A stretch of 64,000 nucleotides of DNA, from NCBI GenBank assembly GCA_965153285.1, contig OZ229111.1; one strand, 5' to 3'. The position numbers and the translations under genes were made by a program. This DNA is from Podarcis tiliguerta. Its lineage: Eukaryota. How positions within the stretch are numbered: position 1 is the first letter of the stretch; every line of letters begins with the position of its first letter. Shown piece after piece: positions 49,850 to 62,543 of this stretch. Below the pieces are notes generated by a model. That model was not told the origin of the DNA, made no database searches, and saw only the letters and a program-made list of their open reading frames with translations.

Positions 49850-52837
49850 GCTAGCTTTGAGAATTAATAGCTTTATTGCCAACACATTTCAATGCACACA
49901 TTCTCAAAATGAGACAATATATATTTTAAGAAAAGTTTGTTTGGTTCTGAGCCCAAAAGCTGTTGATTGTGGGGTGATTTGAATCTCGGTAAGCAGGAAT
50001 CAAATTCCATTACGCTCAAGCCAAATTTATGTACAAATACAAGTCAGCACTGCTGACCAAAACCCACAGGCAACAAGTACAAGTGTTCAGGACGCAAATG
50101 CAGGCGCTCACCGTGGTAACGTTTTTATTCGATTATTTACATCATAGTGGTTTCCCCCAAAAAGAAAACCCTTTTGGATAGAAGAATCAGGTCCCCCCAT
50201 GTAAAAAATGTTGTAGTTTTATGCCAAAGAAGAGAAAGAAAAAGTTGGTTTTGTTTGGGTTAGGGGAAAGAGAAAAATAAAGAAAAGTGACACTTTCTTG
50301 CCACAAAAGGAGCAGGACATCCTTGCAACACCGCACGAGGTAAATATTGCACTTTTGTAAAATTACAGCAGCGCTTGGTAGCAGTCAAGACCAGACTGGC
50401 ACACAAAGAAAGATAAGCACACACAAACTTGCAGCAGTATTAAAATCAGCAACTCTTGTTTGATTTCTTGGACAAGGATGAGGACAATTAGATGAACTAC
50501 TGGCTGACTTATACGGAGATTGAGCTGCATGTGGGTGTGTCCACAACATACACAAGCCTGTGCACAATGCAAACTATCAAAAACTTGCAACATAAAGTTA
50601 GAACAGAAACTGGCTATCAGGTTTGGAGAAAATTAGGATCTTTGAGTTTTCAGAACACAACCCATTCACAGGCTCTGTTCCAGTTTCTCTCAGTCTCACC
50701 AGACAGTATCTCAAAACACAATTATTTAGAACAGGACAGTAACCCCATGGTTTCTGGGTGCACATTTTCTAGCCTCTAAAATATCCAGAATATGGAGTCT
50801 CTTAAACAAGACAGTGAAACTGCAATCTGGCAGCAGCCAATGCATTTGCTAGACCTCTGTTTCCATTCCAGCAAATTAACTCCGAGAACAGAAATCACAT
50901 CAGCAGCAACATGGCTTTATAGGAAGACAGTGAAAGAAAAGCATTATTTCCTATACAGAGCTAGTGCTGGAAAAGTCCTGAGTGATACACAAAAAGGAAC
51001 ACTGGAGCATTTTGCCAACCTAAGTGCTTTGAGACGGCACAATGAACTGTGAAGACTTTGTTTGAATGAAGTACCAATGAAGTGTGAAGACTTTGTTTGA
51101 ATGAAGTACCAAATTTAAACATTTACCACAAACAGCTGACCCAGATAGAGGATTATGTGAATTGCACTGTGCAAAGCATCAATATAGATTTAATGTCTAG
51201 GGAAATGCAAATTGGCCAAACTGATAAAGCCTTGTCATTTCCTGAAATATGTATTTTAATAGTGAAATGGGGAGTGAGCAAGGTGTGAGGGGAAAATAAC
51301 ACATCTTTGGTTTAAAAACAGCCTTTGGAAGACTTAAAGATAATGACATGCTGATTATCTTCAGCATTTCAAATGTATCAAATTCTATTCTGCTATATGG
51401 GGCTCCGCTTACCTGGATCATTCTGGCTTGCTATAAACTCAAAAGTAGCAGCAAAGGGATACACACTGGCCAAAATGATGGTTTAGGCCAACATCATGTT
51501 CTCAAATCACAGCACACCCAATAGTTTATACAGTAGACCTTAAAAAACAAAAACTAAAAGCTAGCAACTGATGTCCTATGAAACTCACATGAGATGATGC
51601 GAAACAAGATGCCTTTAACCTTAGGGCAGTTGTAAACTTGCTGCTACAAGGCATTTGCACTTTTCTTCTTTTTAATATATTGGAAAGAGCAGCCATTAGC
51701 TCTTGCCATAACCTGAGCACAAGCTTTGCCTTCTGGACCAATTGGGCTGGGGAAAGAAATGGAGACAGGAGAGACAGAACTCCCTGTTGATGAACACAGG
51801 TTGAAGAAACCCATTGCCTCACAATGGAAGAGGAGGGGAAAGTGAAGAGCAAAGACCAGACCTTTATGTTACCCACCATTTTAGGATCTGAACTGTGTGG
51901 GCCTCTGCACGGCTTATTAATTGGGGCAGGTGTGCAAAGTTAAACATTCCAAAACTGGGCAGCAATTTCCACAGCTGGCCATGTATATGCAGCCTTCACA
52001 ACTGTTGAATTGCACTCTAAGCTGGATCATAAGCTTCTCATTGCCTTTGTGGTCAGCCTTTGACTCGGGACTGATTTGATTTAAACACTCCACTTGTATG
52101 TTTCAGGTTGTGGTAAGTCTTTGAGAAAGGGCAGAAATTGTCTCACACGTTACCAGGGTGGTGTGCTGGGTCACTTCAAAACAAGCTGAGGAACTGATGA
52201 GTTTCAATGGGAAAGCCTAGATTCTATGCCCTAGGAGGAGAGGAGGAGAAGCCCTTTGTTTAACTGAGAAAGATGGAGGCCACAATAAAAGCTAACAATT
52301 TCTCGTTGTCTTTTGTAAGCTGTGAAGTTGAACTCCCAGTGCTTCAAGGCAGTAAATGGTTCGACCATTAAGACTAAAAGGTTAAGTGAGATCCACTGAC
52401 AGACATAGCAACTTGGGCCTAACAGGAGAACTAGTTAGAAAATTAAACAGGCAAGTTTATCAGCAGCACTTAACAGCCATCAACAATCTTTTAGGTCACC
52501 AACATTCATCCCTTCAACAGATGGTTAAGAGAGAAAACTGCCCAAGGTCTGGGCAATGGGATCAGCAAGCAGTGTGAACTCTGCACACAACCCCATTAGC
52601 TCTACTCTCTGAAGCTCAGCCACAACTCTCCAAGTGTAGCTGGTCAGCACCAGCCAGGGCCACATGAATGGGAAGCTGTCTCATCTCTAGGGGAACAGAC
52701 CTCAGGCCACATTGGTTGTCTCAGACAAGAGAGGAAATCAGAGTTGGCGCAGGAGAAAAGGGAGCCCTGACAGTCCTTTGGGTCAACTTCTCTGTGGACA
52801 AAGGCAGGGATTGCCTTTCTGTCCACTAATCCAAGGG
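49850..52837 (-). other. STK10: STK10 3'UTR (~3 kb) with candidate poly(A) signals AATAAA at 50124-50129 and 49872-49877
   Basis: Transposon-poor, AT-rich stretch after the stop codon; two AATAAA hexamers on the minus strand. The exact end is inferred. Confidence 0.6.
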
Positions 52838-52978
52838 TTATGAAGCCTCTGCAGAACTGAATGGGACAAATTTGGCAGGCTTGTTTGGCGACCTTGAAGG
52901 CTGACCATCGGTCTCATCACTGAGTTTGAAGAACATTTCTTGCTCTCGCTTCTTCTGATTCAGTTCATCTTCCAAAGC
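52838..52978 (-). CDS. STK10: STK10 last coding exon ([46 protein letters not shown])
   Basis: ttcag acceptor; TAA stop at 52840-52838. The C-terminus resembles recalled human STK10 ...KAAKFFPYSSADAS rather than SLK. Confidence 0.95.
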   Translation of the reverse strand, partial: ALEDELNQKKREQEMFFKLSDETDGQPSRSPNKPAKFVPFSSAEAS

Positions 52979-53073
52979 CTGAAATGCGAAGAGAAATGAG
53001 CTCAGTTGGAGAAAAGCTTCAAGCTGTAATCACTTCACTGTTCTCAGCCACCTGGATTCCTGTCAGTTTACAT

Positions 53074-53559
53074 CAGGGATGGGGAAAACCTTCTGGCCAG
53101 GAGGGGCCAGATCTTAATCTCCCAAGACCTGGCAGACATCATAGTGATGTGACATGATGCTGCACTTTGATGCCCCTGTTTAATAGCCATTTGCAAACAT
53201 CCCCATGCTGCTCCTTACATCTCTGAAAATCTGAGGTTTAAAGAGCAGTGCAGGACTGTTTACAAATGGCAATTCAAAAGCCCTTTTCCTCATTACTCCT
53301 TAACCCTCGTTACTCCTTAACCCTCTGAAAATTGGGGCTGCTCCATGCTACTCTTTGAATCTCCAATTGGGGGGGGGGTTCAAAGAGCAGCATTAGAAGG
53401 GAAGAGTTTCCATGGAATGGAAGCCACTTCCCCCTTCTCAAGCAAGGCATGCAGCCATGCACTCATCAGGTATGATGTCAGGTGGAGGGTGAGTGCAGCT
53501 TCCCAAAAATGATCTGGCAGGCCAAATTTGGCCCATGGGGTGGAGGTTCCCCAACCCTG
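53074..53559. mobile_element. Old hAT-type MITE in the last STK10 intron
   Basis: TIR CAGGGATGGGGAAAACC / GGTTCCCCAACCCTG; TSD degraded. Confidence 0.6.
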
Positions 53560-53989
53560 GCTTATGTACATGAGTTGTCAAAGATGAAACAAAATTAGAT
53601 GAAATTAGAGGGGGAGAGAACCAAAAACCTAAACTTGTAACATTTCAGAAATAGGTTGTCCTAATTCAAGCCTCCTCCAAATCCAAATTGCTTATTTATT
53701 TCATTGCGGTTCTGAATAGCTACTTAGGAAGCATTTCAGACAATAACAACATATAAAACACTTCCAAATATAAAACCAATTTTGAATCCAATAGAAATAC
53801 AGACTGGAATAAAAATTACTGCTAGCATTTCAATGAATACAAAGTATTTTCCCCCAGAGTATTTGATTTGGCAAATTGATCTGAAAGTCAAAAGTTCAAT
53901 ACTGAACCTTTGATTCGTTCCCACCCCCACCCCCCAAAAACCCCTCTAATGGTGTTTGAAGTTTTATTCCAACTTTCTTTAGCTGTCAC

Positions 53990-54103
53990 CTTTTTTCGTG
54001 GCCTCAGCTTATCCCGCCAGTCCTTCAAGTTCTGATTGTGGTTTTCATCCAGAGCTTTCAGTTTCTGGGTCTCATGTTCAACTAAGAGATGGCACTTCTC
54101 ATT
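53990..54103 (-). CDS. STK10: STK10 penultimate coding exon ([38 protein letters not shown])
   Basis: tag acceptor, GTGACA donor, 114 nt. Confidence 0.95.
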
Positions 54104-54637
54104 CTATACAGATTTAAAACATCAGAAGAAAAACAAATGAGCAAAAAAGGTCAGTATCAAATCCAGCATCCCTGCTGACTTGATTTATAAACCCAACATG
54201 AATTTCCAAGACCAGGAAAGAACAAGATTTACTTCAAAAGCAACAAAATCCCAACTCATTCTATGCTCATTCCAGAAACCTTTTGCTTCCACTCAATTTG
54301 GAGCTAATGAATGTCATGGTTAGAGGCTGCTCAGCCACAAACCCCAGTGAGAGTATTTGGAAAATTCACTCTCTCCATGTCTATCATACCTCACAGGGTT
54401 GTTGTGAGGATTAAATGAGATAGCCTCCATATATATACCATCTTTACGGAAAGATAGGATGCAAAATGTCGTGACATGACAAAAGCAAAAACAAGAAATA
54501 CTGAAGTACATTTTCCATTTCTGGGAGGGTATTGTTGTCAGGTAGGATGAACCAACTTTTCAGAATGGATGGCAGATTTTTCTCTATGAGCCACACCCCG
54601 CCCAAGCATACCTAAAGCTGAGCCGGTGTTAAGTTAC

Positions 54638-54763
54638 CTGTAACTGTTGGAGTTCATTCATGTTGCTCTCACACTGGGCACTCATATCCTTCGTCTGCAT
54701 CTCATGTTTCTGCTGCTGCTGCAGTCGCTCAGCTTTCTGCCTTTTTTCCTCCTGCTGTGCAAA
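54638..54763 (-). CDS. STK10: STK10 coding exon ([42 protein letters not shown])
   Basis: ttcag acceptor, GTAACT donor, 126 nt phase 0/0. Confidence 0.95.
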
Positions 54764-54871
54764 CTGAAACAGAAGGGAGCAACCCAACATTACCATCGTT
54801 CACTGCGGTTTTAAATCACCAGGCTATGTTCGCAGGAATTTTAAACATGGCTCCCTACATTTATATATATA

Positions 54872-55243
54872 TAAAGGTAAAGGTAAAGGTACCCCTGCCC
54901 GTACGGCCCAGTCGTGACAGACTCTGGGGTTGCACGCCCATCTCGCTTAAGAGGCCGGGGGCCAGCACTGTCCAGAGACACTTCCGGGTCATGCGGCCAG
55001 TGTGACGAAGCTGCAGCTGGCGAGCCAGCACCAGCACAGCACACAGAAACGCCGTTTACCTTCCCGCTATAAAGCGGTACCTATTTATCTACTTGCACTT
55101 AAGGGTGCTTTCGAACTGCTAGGTGGGCAGGAGTTGGGTCTGAATGACGGGAGCTCACCCCGCCGCGGGGATTCGAACCGCCGACCATGCGATCGGCAAG
55201 TCCTAGGCGCTGAGGTTTTACCCACAGCGCCGCCCACGTCCCC
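54872..55243 (-). mobile_element. Sauria SINE (distinct subfamily) in an STK10 intron
   Basis: (AAAGGT)n tail and tRNA head, inserted in a (TA)n target. Confidence 0.9.
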
Positions 55244-56034
55244 TGCCTTTATATATATATATATACCAGGAGCTAAAATGCTGCACAACGAAGACATGGA
55301 GGGTCACCAATGTGAGAACTATTTTCGGAGGGAAATGCCCCCTCTCAGCTTCTGCGCTAAGAGTAGGACCCTCAAATACATGTACTCCTTTGATATCTGT
55401 TGGTGTGAGCACAATATGATCTGATTGCACGGCACCTTGTATTAGTTGCACCACAGGTGCCAGAGCAACACAGGGGGCATAGCTATGACCTTCCCACCCT
55501 TCCATGAAACCATTAACAAGTGTTGCAGGAAGGTTTCTTGAGCTACCCACTGTCTGAAACCTTCTGGCAGTATTAACTTGTGCTTTATATAGCATTGGAG
55601 CTTAAAACGTCAGTGATATCAGATGGAACTGAGCAAATATCTGTCAACAGCCTAGACCAGTGGCTTCTGGAAGTATGTGCTGTTGAGCAAGGGACCCTCC
55701 ATGTATAGTCTACAATCCTCCTTTCCACATTGGGCAAAAGATTCCTGCGTTGCAGGGAGTTGGACTAGATGATCCTCGTCATCCCTTCCAACTCTACAAT
55801 TCTATGATTAACAGTCCTCGCTTGCAGGAATCCAAATGCAGTGTCACTGCCTCTCAGCCTAACCTACCTCACAGGTTTGTTGTGGTGGTTAACTAATGAG
55901 TGGGGGGCGGGAATTGTGTGTGCTACCTTGACCTCATTGGAGATATATGTGTGATATAGATGGATGAATGAATGAATGAATGCAAGCACAACAAATCGAA
56001 TCCTTCCGTCAAGGGTTCTAGCGCTATCCTTCAC

Positions 56035-56223
56035 CTGTTTTATCTTCTCCCTCTGTTCTGAGGCGCTTCCACTGGAGCTGATATGGAGGCTCTTCTTATA
56101 CATGGCCATGCGGGTCTTCCCTTCGCTCCTCTGAATTTTGGGGAGACGGCCTTTCTCTTGCTGCTGCCGAATTTTCAGCTGCTCCATCATTCGCTGGTTA
56201 TACCGTTGCATTTGCTCACGCTC
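56035..56223 (-). CDS. STK10: STK10 coding exon ([12 protein letters not shown]...[22 protein letters not shown]...EKIKQ)
   Basis: ccag acceptor, GTGAAG donor, 189 nt. [21 protein letters not shown] matches recalled STK10. Confidence 0.96.
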
Positions 56224-56614
56224 CTGGAATAGCAACGGCAGCCCAGGGAGGTAAGTTAATACAATAAATGTTGAAAGTTTACAGTCAAAGCGAATGGTGA
56301 CATTGGATATTTGCCCAGGGTAATATTCAACAGACCACAAAGGGGACAGACAAAGATAGTGCAGGTTTAGTTTAAGGAGAAAAAAACCACTTCTATGAAG
56401 ATTCACCATGGCTTACTCCAGGGGCTCAGTCAGATAAAAACTGATGGAAATGCAACAGGCACTATGGCAAGAATATTTTGACATTTGTTCTATTGTAGCA
56501 CACTCACTCACACAAACAAACCAATTGCATGAGAGAGAGGCTGTGCTGGCCTGGGTTGATGACAGTTGTAGTCCAAAACATTTGAAGGCACCAGAATGGT
56601 TGAAGGCTGGCCTA

Positions 56615-56915
56615 AAGTAAGTGGTGGACTCTTCTTCATTGGAGGTTTGTAAACAGAGGTTGGATTGTCATCTGTCGGGGATTTTTCCGCTGCGATTCCT
56701 GCATTGCTGGGAGTTGGTCTACATCAGTGTTTTCCAATCTTGGGTCTTCAGCTGTTCTTGGACTACAACTCCCATCATCTCTAGCTAGCCAGATCAGTGG
56801 TCAGGGATTATGGGAATTGTAGTCAGAAAACAGCTGGAGACCCAAGCTTGGGAAATACTGATCTAGATGATCCTTTGGGTTCCATTCAGCTCTACAATTC
56901 TATGAGTCTATGAAT
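56615..56915 (+). mobile_element. CR1 3' end interrupted by a palindromic MITE (56724-56860)
   Basis: CR1 3'UTR halves flank CAGTGTTTTCCAA..TTGGGAAATACTG; TSD gtctacat / atctagat. Confidence 0.7.
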
Positions 56916-57160
56916 CTATAAGCACAAAACTGTACTCCTACAATTGACCATAGTTATTCCGTCTCTGGACTTTATATGTTTGACTGCATTGACTATGGTT
57001 AAATATATGCAGCACTCACACCCAATGCAAGCCAGCAACAGGGAGGCCATTTTCTGTAAATCTGCTGAGGTCAATTCTTTTACAGCAACTCCACGCCTTG
57101 CTCATCTGTAGGAAGCATTAGAGTCATTAAAGAAAATAAATCAGACTGAAACTCCGCTAC

Positions 57161-57285
57161 CTTCTCGTGTTTCCGGACCAGTTCATGCCTCTGGAGGAAA
57201 TACTGGTCTTTCAGCTGTTGCTTAATAAGCTGGTGTTTCTCCTGTAGGTGGTGCTCTTCCAGATCCCAGATGGTAGCTTCCCGAT
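57161..57285 (-). CDS. STK10: STK10 coding exon ([42 protein letters not shown])
   Basis: ttag acceptor, GTAGCG donor, 125 nt, phase-compatible with neighbours; [12 protein letters not shown] motif. Confidence 0.95.
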
Positions 57286-57717
57286 CTAAGAAAAAGGTAT
57301 AAAATGGCATATAGTCATTACATACTTTACCACGGGGGGGGGGGGGGATAGGCAAAGAAGTTGTCAATCACATACAATTCCAGAAGATAAAGGGACTTCC
57401 CAATGGTGGCTGGTGCCCATGGGGAGCAGTAGGGCAGAAGGCAGCAAGACCCACAGCAAATGGAGCCAGAGCCAAAGACAGGCAGAGCAGGCCAAGCAAT
57501 TCTAGTTGTATCCCCATCCTTCTTCCTGCCAAATTCTACAATGGCAACACTGGGATTCAGGAGGAGAAAGATGACTGGCAATGCCACTTCCTGGACTGGT
57601 TGCCAGAGAGAAGGCAAGAAAGTGGAGGCTGGCTGATGGACCATCCTCCACTGGAGAATCCAGTCATTTCTCCGCTCCCCTTTCCAAGCACAACCACCAC
57701 CTCAGCCTAACCAAATA

Positions 57718-57860
57718 CCGTATTTTCTGGTGTATAAGACGACTGGGCGTATAAGACGACCCCCCAACTTTTCCAGTTAAAATATAGAGTTTGGGATATA
57801 CTCGCCGTATAAAACTACCCCTCTTCCAACGCACACTAAATAAAAATTAAAAAACCAGTC
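57718..57860 (+). mobile_element. Truncated mariner/Tigger-like element end
   Basis: TA-CCGTATTTT..GTATAAGACG terminus with a repeated GTATAAGACGAC motif; the second end was not found. Confidence 0.55.
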
Positions 57861-58158
57861 TCCAGTCCGGCTCGGAAATCCGCTCCACTTCCCAGTGGCC
57901 GGGGGCTTCTGGGGCCAATTTTCAAGCATATTTCTGCTTCATCTAGAGAGCTTGGTGTCCTCTGATTTAATTTGCTGTCATTTTATCCTTTTGTGGGTAG
58001 TTGCCTGGTGTCTTGCAGATGTTTTGAATCCCATCCCCATCAGCCCTAGCATGCCTGACTAATGGGAGCTGTAGTCCATCAACATGTGGAGGGCACCAAG
58101 TTAGAGAAATCTCTTCCCCACTTTTTTTTTTGGGGGGGGGACGACGACACCCACTCAC

Positions 58159-58288
58159 CTCTCATAAGCTGTTGTTTTTTGTTGAGGCACTCTCGCTCCT
58201 TGTCACAGATCTCCTTCCGATTTTGGGTGGTGATATTCTTCATGGCCTGTTCCAGATCCTCAGCCTGTTTGGCTTCAAACTCTTGCTC
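58159..58288 (-). CDS. STK10: STK10 coding exon ([43 protein letters not shown])
   Basis: ttccag acceptor, GTGAGT donor, 130 nt (43 codons+1). Confidence 0.95.
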
Positions 58289-58487
58289 CTGGAAGAAAGG
58301 GGACAGTAGCAAGAGATGCTCTTATTGGTATGATGCCTAAAACTTTTCTTATGAGTGAGAGCAGGATGGGTGTCATGATTCTGCTTCCTCATCCTGCCTT
58401 ACTCATCCTGATAACTGGGAGGCAGGGAATCAAATGTGTCCATATGGGTCTTGGCCACACCGCAGACTTAATATCTCTAGAGCTTAC

Positions 58488-58580
58488 CATGACTTGCTTT
58501 CTCTGTGCAAACTCCTCCATCTTTGTTTTCATGGTCCCCTTGCGCTGTTGTCGTGGAAGCTTCTCAATGTCACTCTTGAG
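58488..58580 (-). CDS. STK10: STK10 93-nt coding exon ([31 protein letters not shown])
   Basis: AAG acceptor, GTAAGC donor, 31 codons. Aligns with recalled human STK10 [24 protein letters not shown]. Confidence 0.9.
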
Positions 58581-59266
58581 CTTGAAATGAAAGACACCAA
58601 CAAAAGTTCTTACTGGTCCAATTTCCTAACAAGTCTGAGCAAAAGTGATTTATCACGTTGGCCGTGTCACCTGATGGTTTGGCTTTCAATTCTCCAGTTT
58701 TATGCTGACATTATGCTATCACTTTGATTTGCTTTCATTTCACCCTCACCTATTTTTCTGTTAGTGTTTCTTAAGTCTCTTGTTTCTGGGTGGTTCTTAC
58801 TTTTACATTCTTCCCTGGCAGCATAGTTACAGACAAGTGAATTTAGAAAAAGGGTAAGGAACCCTCAGGGCCCAGGGACAGAATGTGACCCTTTGGCCTC
58901 TACCTGGCCCTCAGGAATCTCTAGGTCACGCTCCCTGCCCTGGCTGCACCCCTACCCACCTCTTCAAGTGCTTTTGCCTGGATGGAATGTGCCCCTGAGC
59001 TGTGACAATGGAGGATGGGCAGGTGTCTGTCTGTGTGCATTTGCATAGCTTCTGTTTTGCTGTTCGCTGTTCACTCTCCTCCCTTTCTTCAGCACCCCTA
59101 AATCTTGGTGCTCTGCCCTCAGCTTCCCTTGCACAGCTCGTCTGTGACATGAGAGCACCTCAGCCAATGACAGCAAGAGGACTGAGGGGGCTTTCAGATA
59201 GGCCAGTGCCAACAACGAAATCTAAGATTTCCCTGTGCAAGATTTTGGCCCAACGTCGACTCTCAC

Positions 59267-59446
59267 CTCCTTCTTCCTTTGCTTCAGCTGCTCCTGAAAT
59301 TTAACAAGGTCTCGTTCCTGCTCAGCACGGATGCGCTTGGACTCTTCACGGCGGCGCAGCGTGTGCTCCTGCTCCATCTTTTCAATTTGCTGCTTCTGCT
59401 GACGTTCCAGATTTTCCAGTTCGGTGTCATAGAATTTCTTCTTTGT
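59267..59446 (-). CDS. STK10: STK10 coding exon ([28 protein letters not shown]...QLKQRKKE)
   Basis: tag acceptor, GTGAGA donor, 180 nt phase 0/0; STK10/SLK coiled-coil region. Confidence 0.95.
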
Positions 59447-60275
59447 CTATACGAGACCAAAGAGGACATTCAGGCTTCCTTATACTTAGTTGAGAGATTT
59501 GACTACGTCAGTATTTTTCATCATTTAGTTAATAAAGCAAAGTGCAAAGGCACAACTTAAAATGAATCCACCTTAAAACTTTTTTGAACATATCCAAATC
59601 TTGTTGCATCTCTGAGCATTAGCAGTTCTAAATACTGAAGGCACATTGCCTGGGGACAGTGTGTCCCTGGGAGTCTCTCTTCACATATGAGCACCTCACA
59701 CATCAACAGCGTTTCAGGCAGGGGGCTTTCCCAGACCTACCTGGAGATGCTGGAGATTGAACCTAGGACATTCTGCATGCAAAGCAAATCCTCTAACACT
59801 TGGCTGCAGTCCTTTCCCCCCATATATGGAATAAAACTGGTGAGAGACCATGGCAGGGCCCTTTCAGTAGTGGCCTCTGTCCTATGGAATTCATAAGCCT
59901 AGGGAAGCTTGCCTCACTATTTTGAAACCAGAATAACAAACCAGAGTTTCTAAACCACTGGTCTACATCTCGTGGGTTGGGTCCCACTAGTGGTTCGTGA
60001 CCTGATCCAAGGAGGACCACTGCCACCATGAAAATATATTAAGAAAAGAGTCCACAAATGCATCTTTGGGTTAAACGGTAGGTATGAAAAAGGCTGAAGA
60101 TACCTGTTCTCAACAACAAGAAAAGGATTAAAAATATGTTTTATGAGATGACATTGCGATTTTTAAAAAATTAAACTCATACACTGAAGGTTTTGTGAAC
60201 ATTATTTGTAAAAAGGCTAATTTGTGAGAAATGTGAGTTGCTTTAATTGCTTCCATTGTTGATATTGTTTCTTTG

Positions 60276-60281
<6 letters not shown>

Positions 60282-60315
<34 letters not shown>
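60282..60315. repeat. (TA)n microsatellite
   Basis: Seen directly. Confidence 0.95.
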
Positions 60316-60317
<2 letters not shown>

Positions 60318-62419
60318 CTCTGTGTAAACTACCTCACAGAAACGGAAGAGAATAGTAAACAAGCTGCAGTAGCCTTCTAGTTCCCTCGCTTATATATACA
60401 GCAGGGAGCAGACTAGGAGCTGGATGTGTGTGTGACAATGTTCTCTCCTGCCACACACCTGGATCTCCTGAGCAGCACTGCCTTCTGACACATTTAGCAG
60501 CAGAGATGCCTGGAGGGCATGAGCTGGAGCAAGCAGATGAGATGGCTGCATCTGCTTACAGGCTGTGGCTGAAACAGAACAGGAAAGAATGCTCGCCCGT
60601 CTTTTCCTCACGGAAGGAGAAATATCTGCCAGCAACAGGACTGAAACCAGCGCGCAGGATTTCGGCAGAATTTTACAAGAATATTTGGGCTAAACCAACT
60701 CAGTGAGAGGCTGGCTGAAGGAACACCCAATAATGGAACAGTCTGCATGTGCAAACTCTGCACTACTCCCTCTGGTTCAGAAAATATTTCCCCACCCCCG
60801 CCCCACTTTCCATACCACAGTGCCTGTGTAGCTATTGCACTTCCTCCAAAACCATTCACACCTTCAGAAAGCCTTCTTCCCAAGAGAGATCTTAACTTAC
60901 ATAAGGGTGAGAAAGGGAAACATTTTCCAAACATTCTGAGGCTTAAGCACAGCAGAGTCCTAACGAAAATGCATTGTGTGGGTCACACATTTAACTGCTG
61001 CAGACAGAGCTACTGACGTACTGAACTCCACTTTAAAGGAAGGCTGGGAAGGAACCAAGTCACTCTAGTTCAGTATTGGCTACATTGACTAGCAGGGTCT
61101 TTCTGGGATTTGACAGGGGCCACTGTCTGACGTTCCCTTAAACGGAGCACAGTACATGACATTGCTAGAGACACCTTGTGTGTGGGATTTTGGCAGGGGC
61201 CCAGCTCAGCCCTGTAAAAAAGTTTACCTGTGGTCTCCTAAGGTCAGTCTCAGTCAATCTACTGGCACAGATCCTTGAAAGCCTAATAACCTTTTGCAAC
61301 CCCCGTTGTACACCCCTTGCCATTCTTTTAACTGTATGCCGTGGGGCTAGGAAGGGAAAGGCAGGAGGAGCTGGCTTTAGCAATACTTAAAATATGAAAC
61401 AAGCACACATGCTGCAGAGAACGGGGACTCCAGCCCCCAAATATGTGTCCTCGCTTTTAAGCAGAAATGAAAATGTGCAATACCTGCATGAGAGAGTTCG
61501 GGAAACTGGTAGGCATATGAGGATACGTATACGGGGAGTGCCACAATAGCTGTGAATGTGTTGCATTGCAGTTTCAGCAAGTGCCTCGTTATTTTTGATT
61601 CCGCAAGATTTCCGTAAAATTTGAAGGCATACAGGAACAAGCTGAAACTGTTCCTCAATTAAAAATATGACAATCTTGCATTGTCTCCTTATCCTGTCAG
61701 GTTTAACACACAGGAAGAAACACACACTTTGAAGCATCCAAGCTATACTAAGCTATTCTTTGCAGGAATGCCATAACATGGCTTCAGAGATGTTACTTTT
61801 CTTCTTGGCCAGATTTAAAATCAACACTGACAGAAAAAGAAAGAACATCACATCAACAAGTTCTGCTGAAAGGCTCCAGAATATGTAAAAGTACAAATGT
61901 ATTTATTGGGGGGGGGGGAATAGCCTGAAGAAATTGTCACCTTTTAAAAAAAGGGGGGGGATATATTTGAAACTGAGAAAGATTCACATAGGGTTTTAAG
62001 GCCTATTGTTTTGTTTCCACAACATTTCTTTTTGACCCCTCAAAAGCTGGGCCATTGCAGCAGACCTCTCCAGCATCGAAGGTGACCACTTTTCTTGTTG
62101 AACTGCTGCAAAGAAAAGGCCTTGTGCCACAAGAGCAGCACCAGAGCACAGCCAACGCCAGACTGGATGGAAATGTCCACTTACAATGGCCCTTCCCTTT
62201 GCCACATAGCCCCAGCATATGGAGGGAAAAGCTAATGATTCCATCAACATGCCTCCAGTTTCATTCCTAGTGGCTAGCGTCCTGCCTAGTCTGGCTAACA
62301 GGCTATACAATATATGCCTTGTGAGTGGCGTGTTTCTCCTCTGCCCACTGCTTCCCACCAACATGTGGCCCGATATCTTTGAATAAGGGGGAGGAATTTG
62401 GATTCTCTTTGCCACGTAC

Positions 62420-62543
62420 GTGCATTTCTTGCTCAAAGCGCTTCAGCATTTGCTCCAACTGCAGGTGATGTTTGCTGGTCAGCTGGGTCTGGTTCCGGTG
62501 CTCCTCTTTCTGAAGCAGACGCAGCTCCCGCAACTCCTGGCGC
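62420..62543 (-). CDS. STK10: STK10 coding exon ([41 protein letters not shown])
   Basis: cctacag acceptor, GTACGT donor, 124 nt (1+41 codons). Closely matches recalled STK10 [21 protein letters not shown]. Confidence 0.95.
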
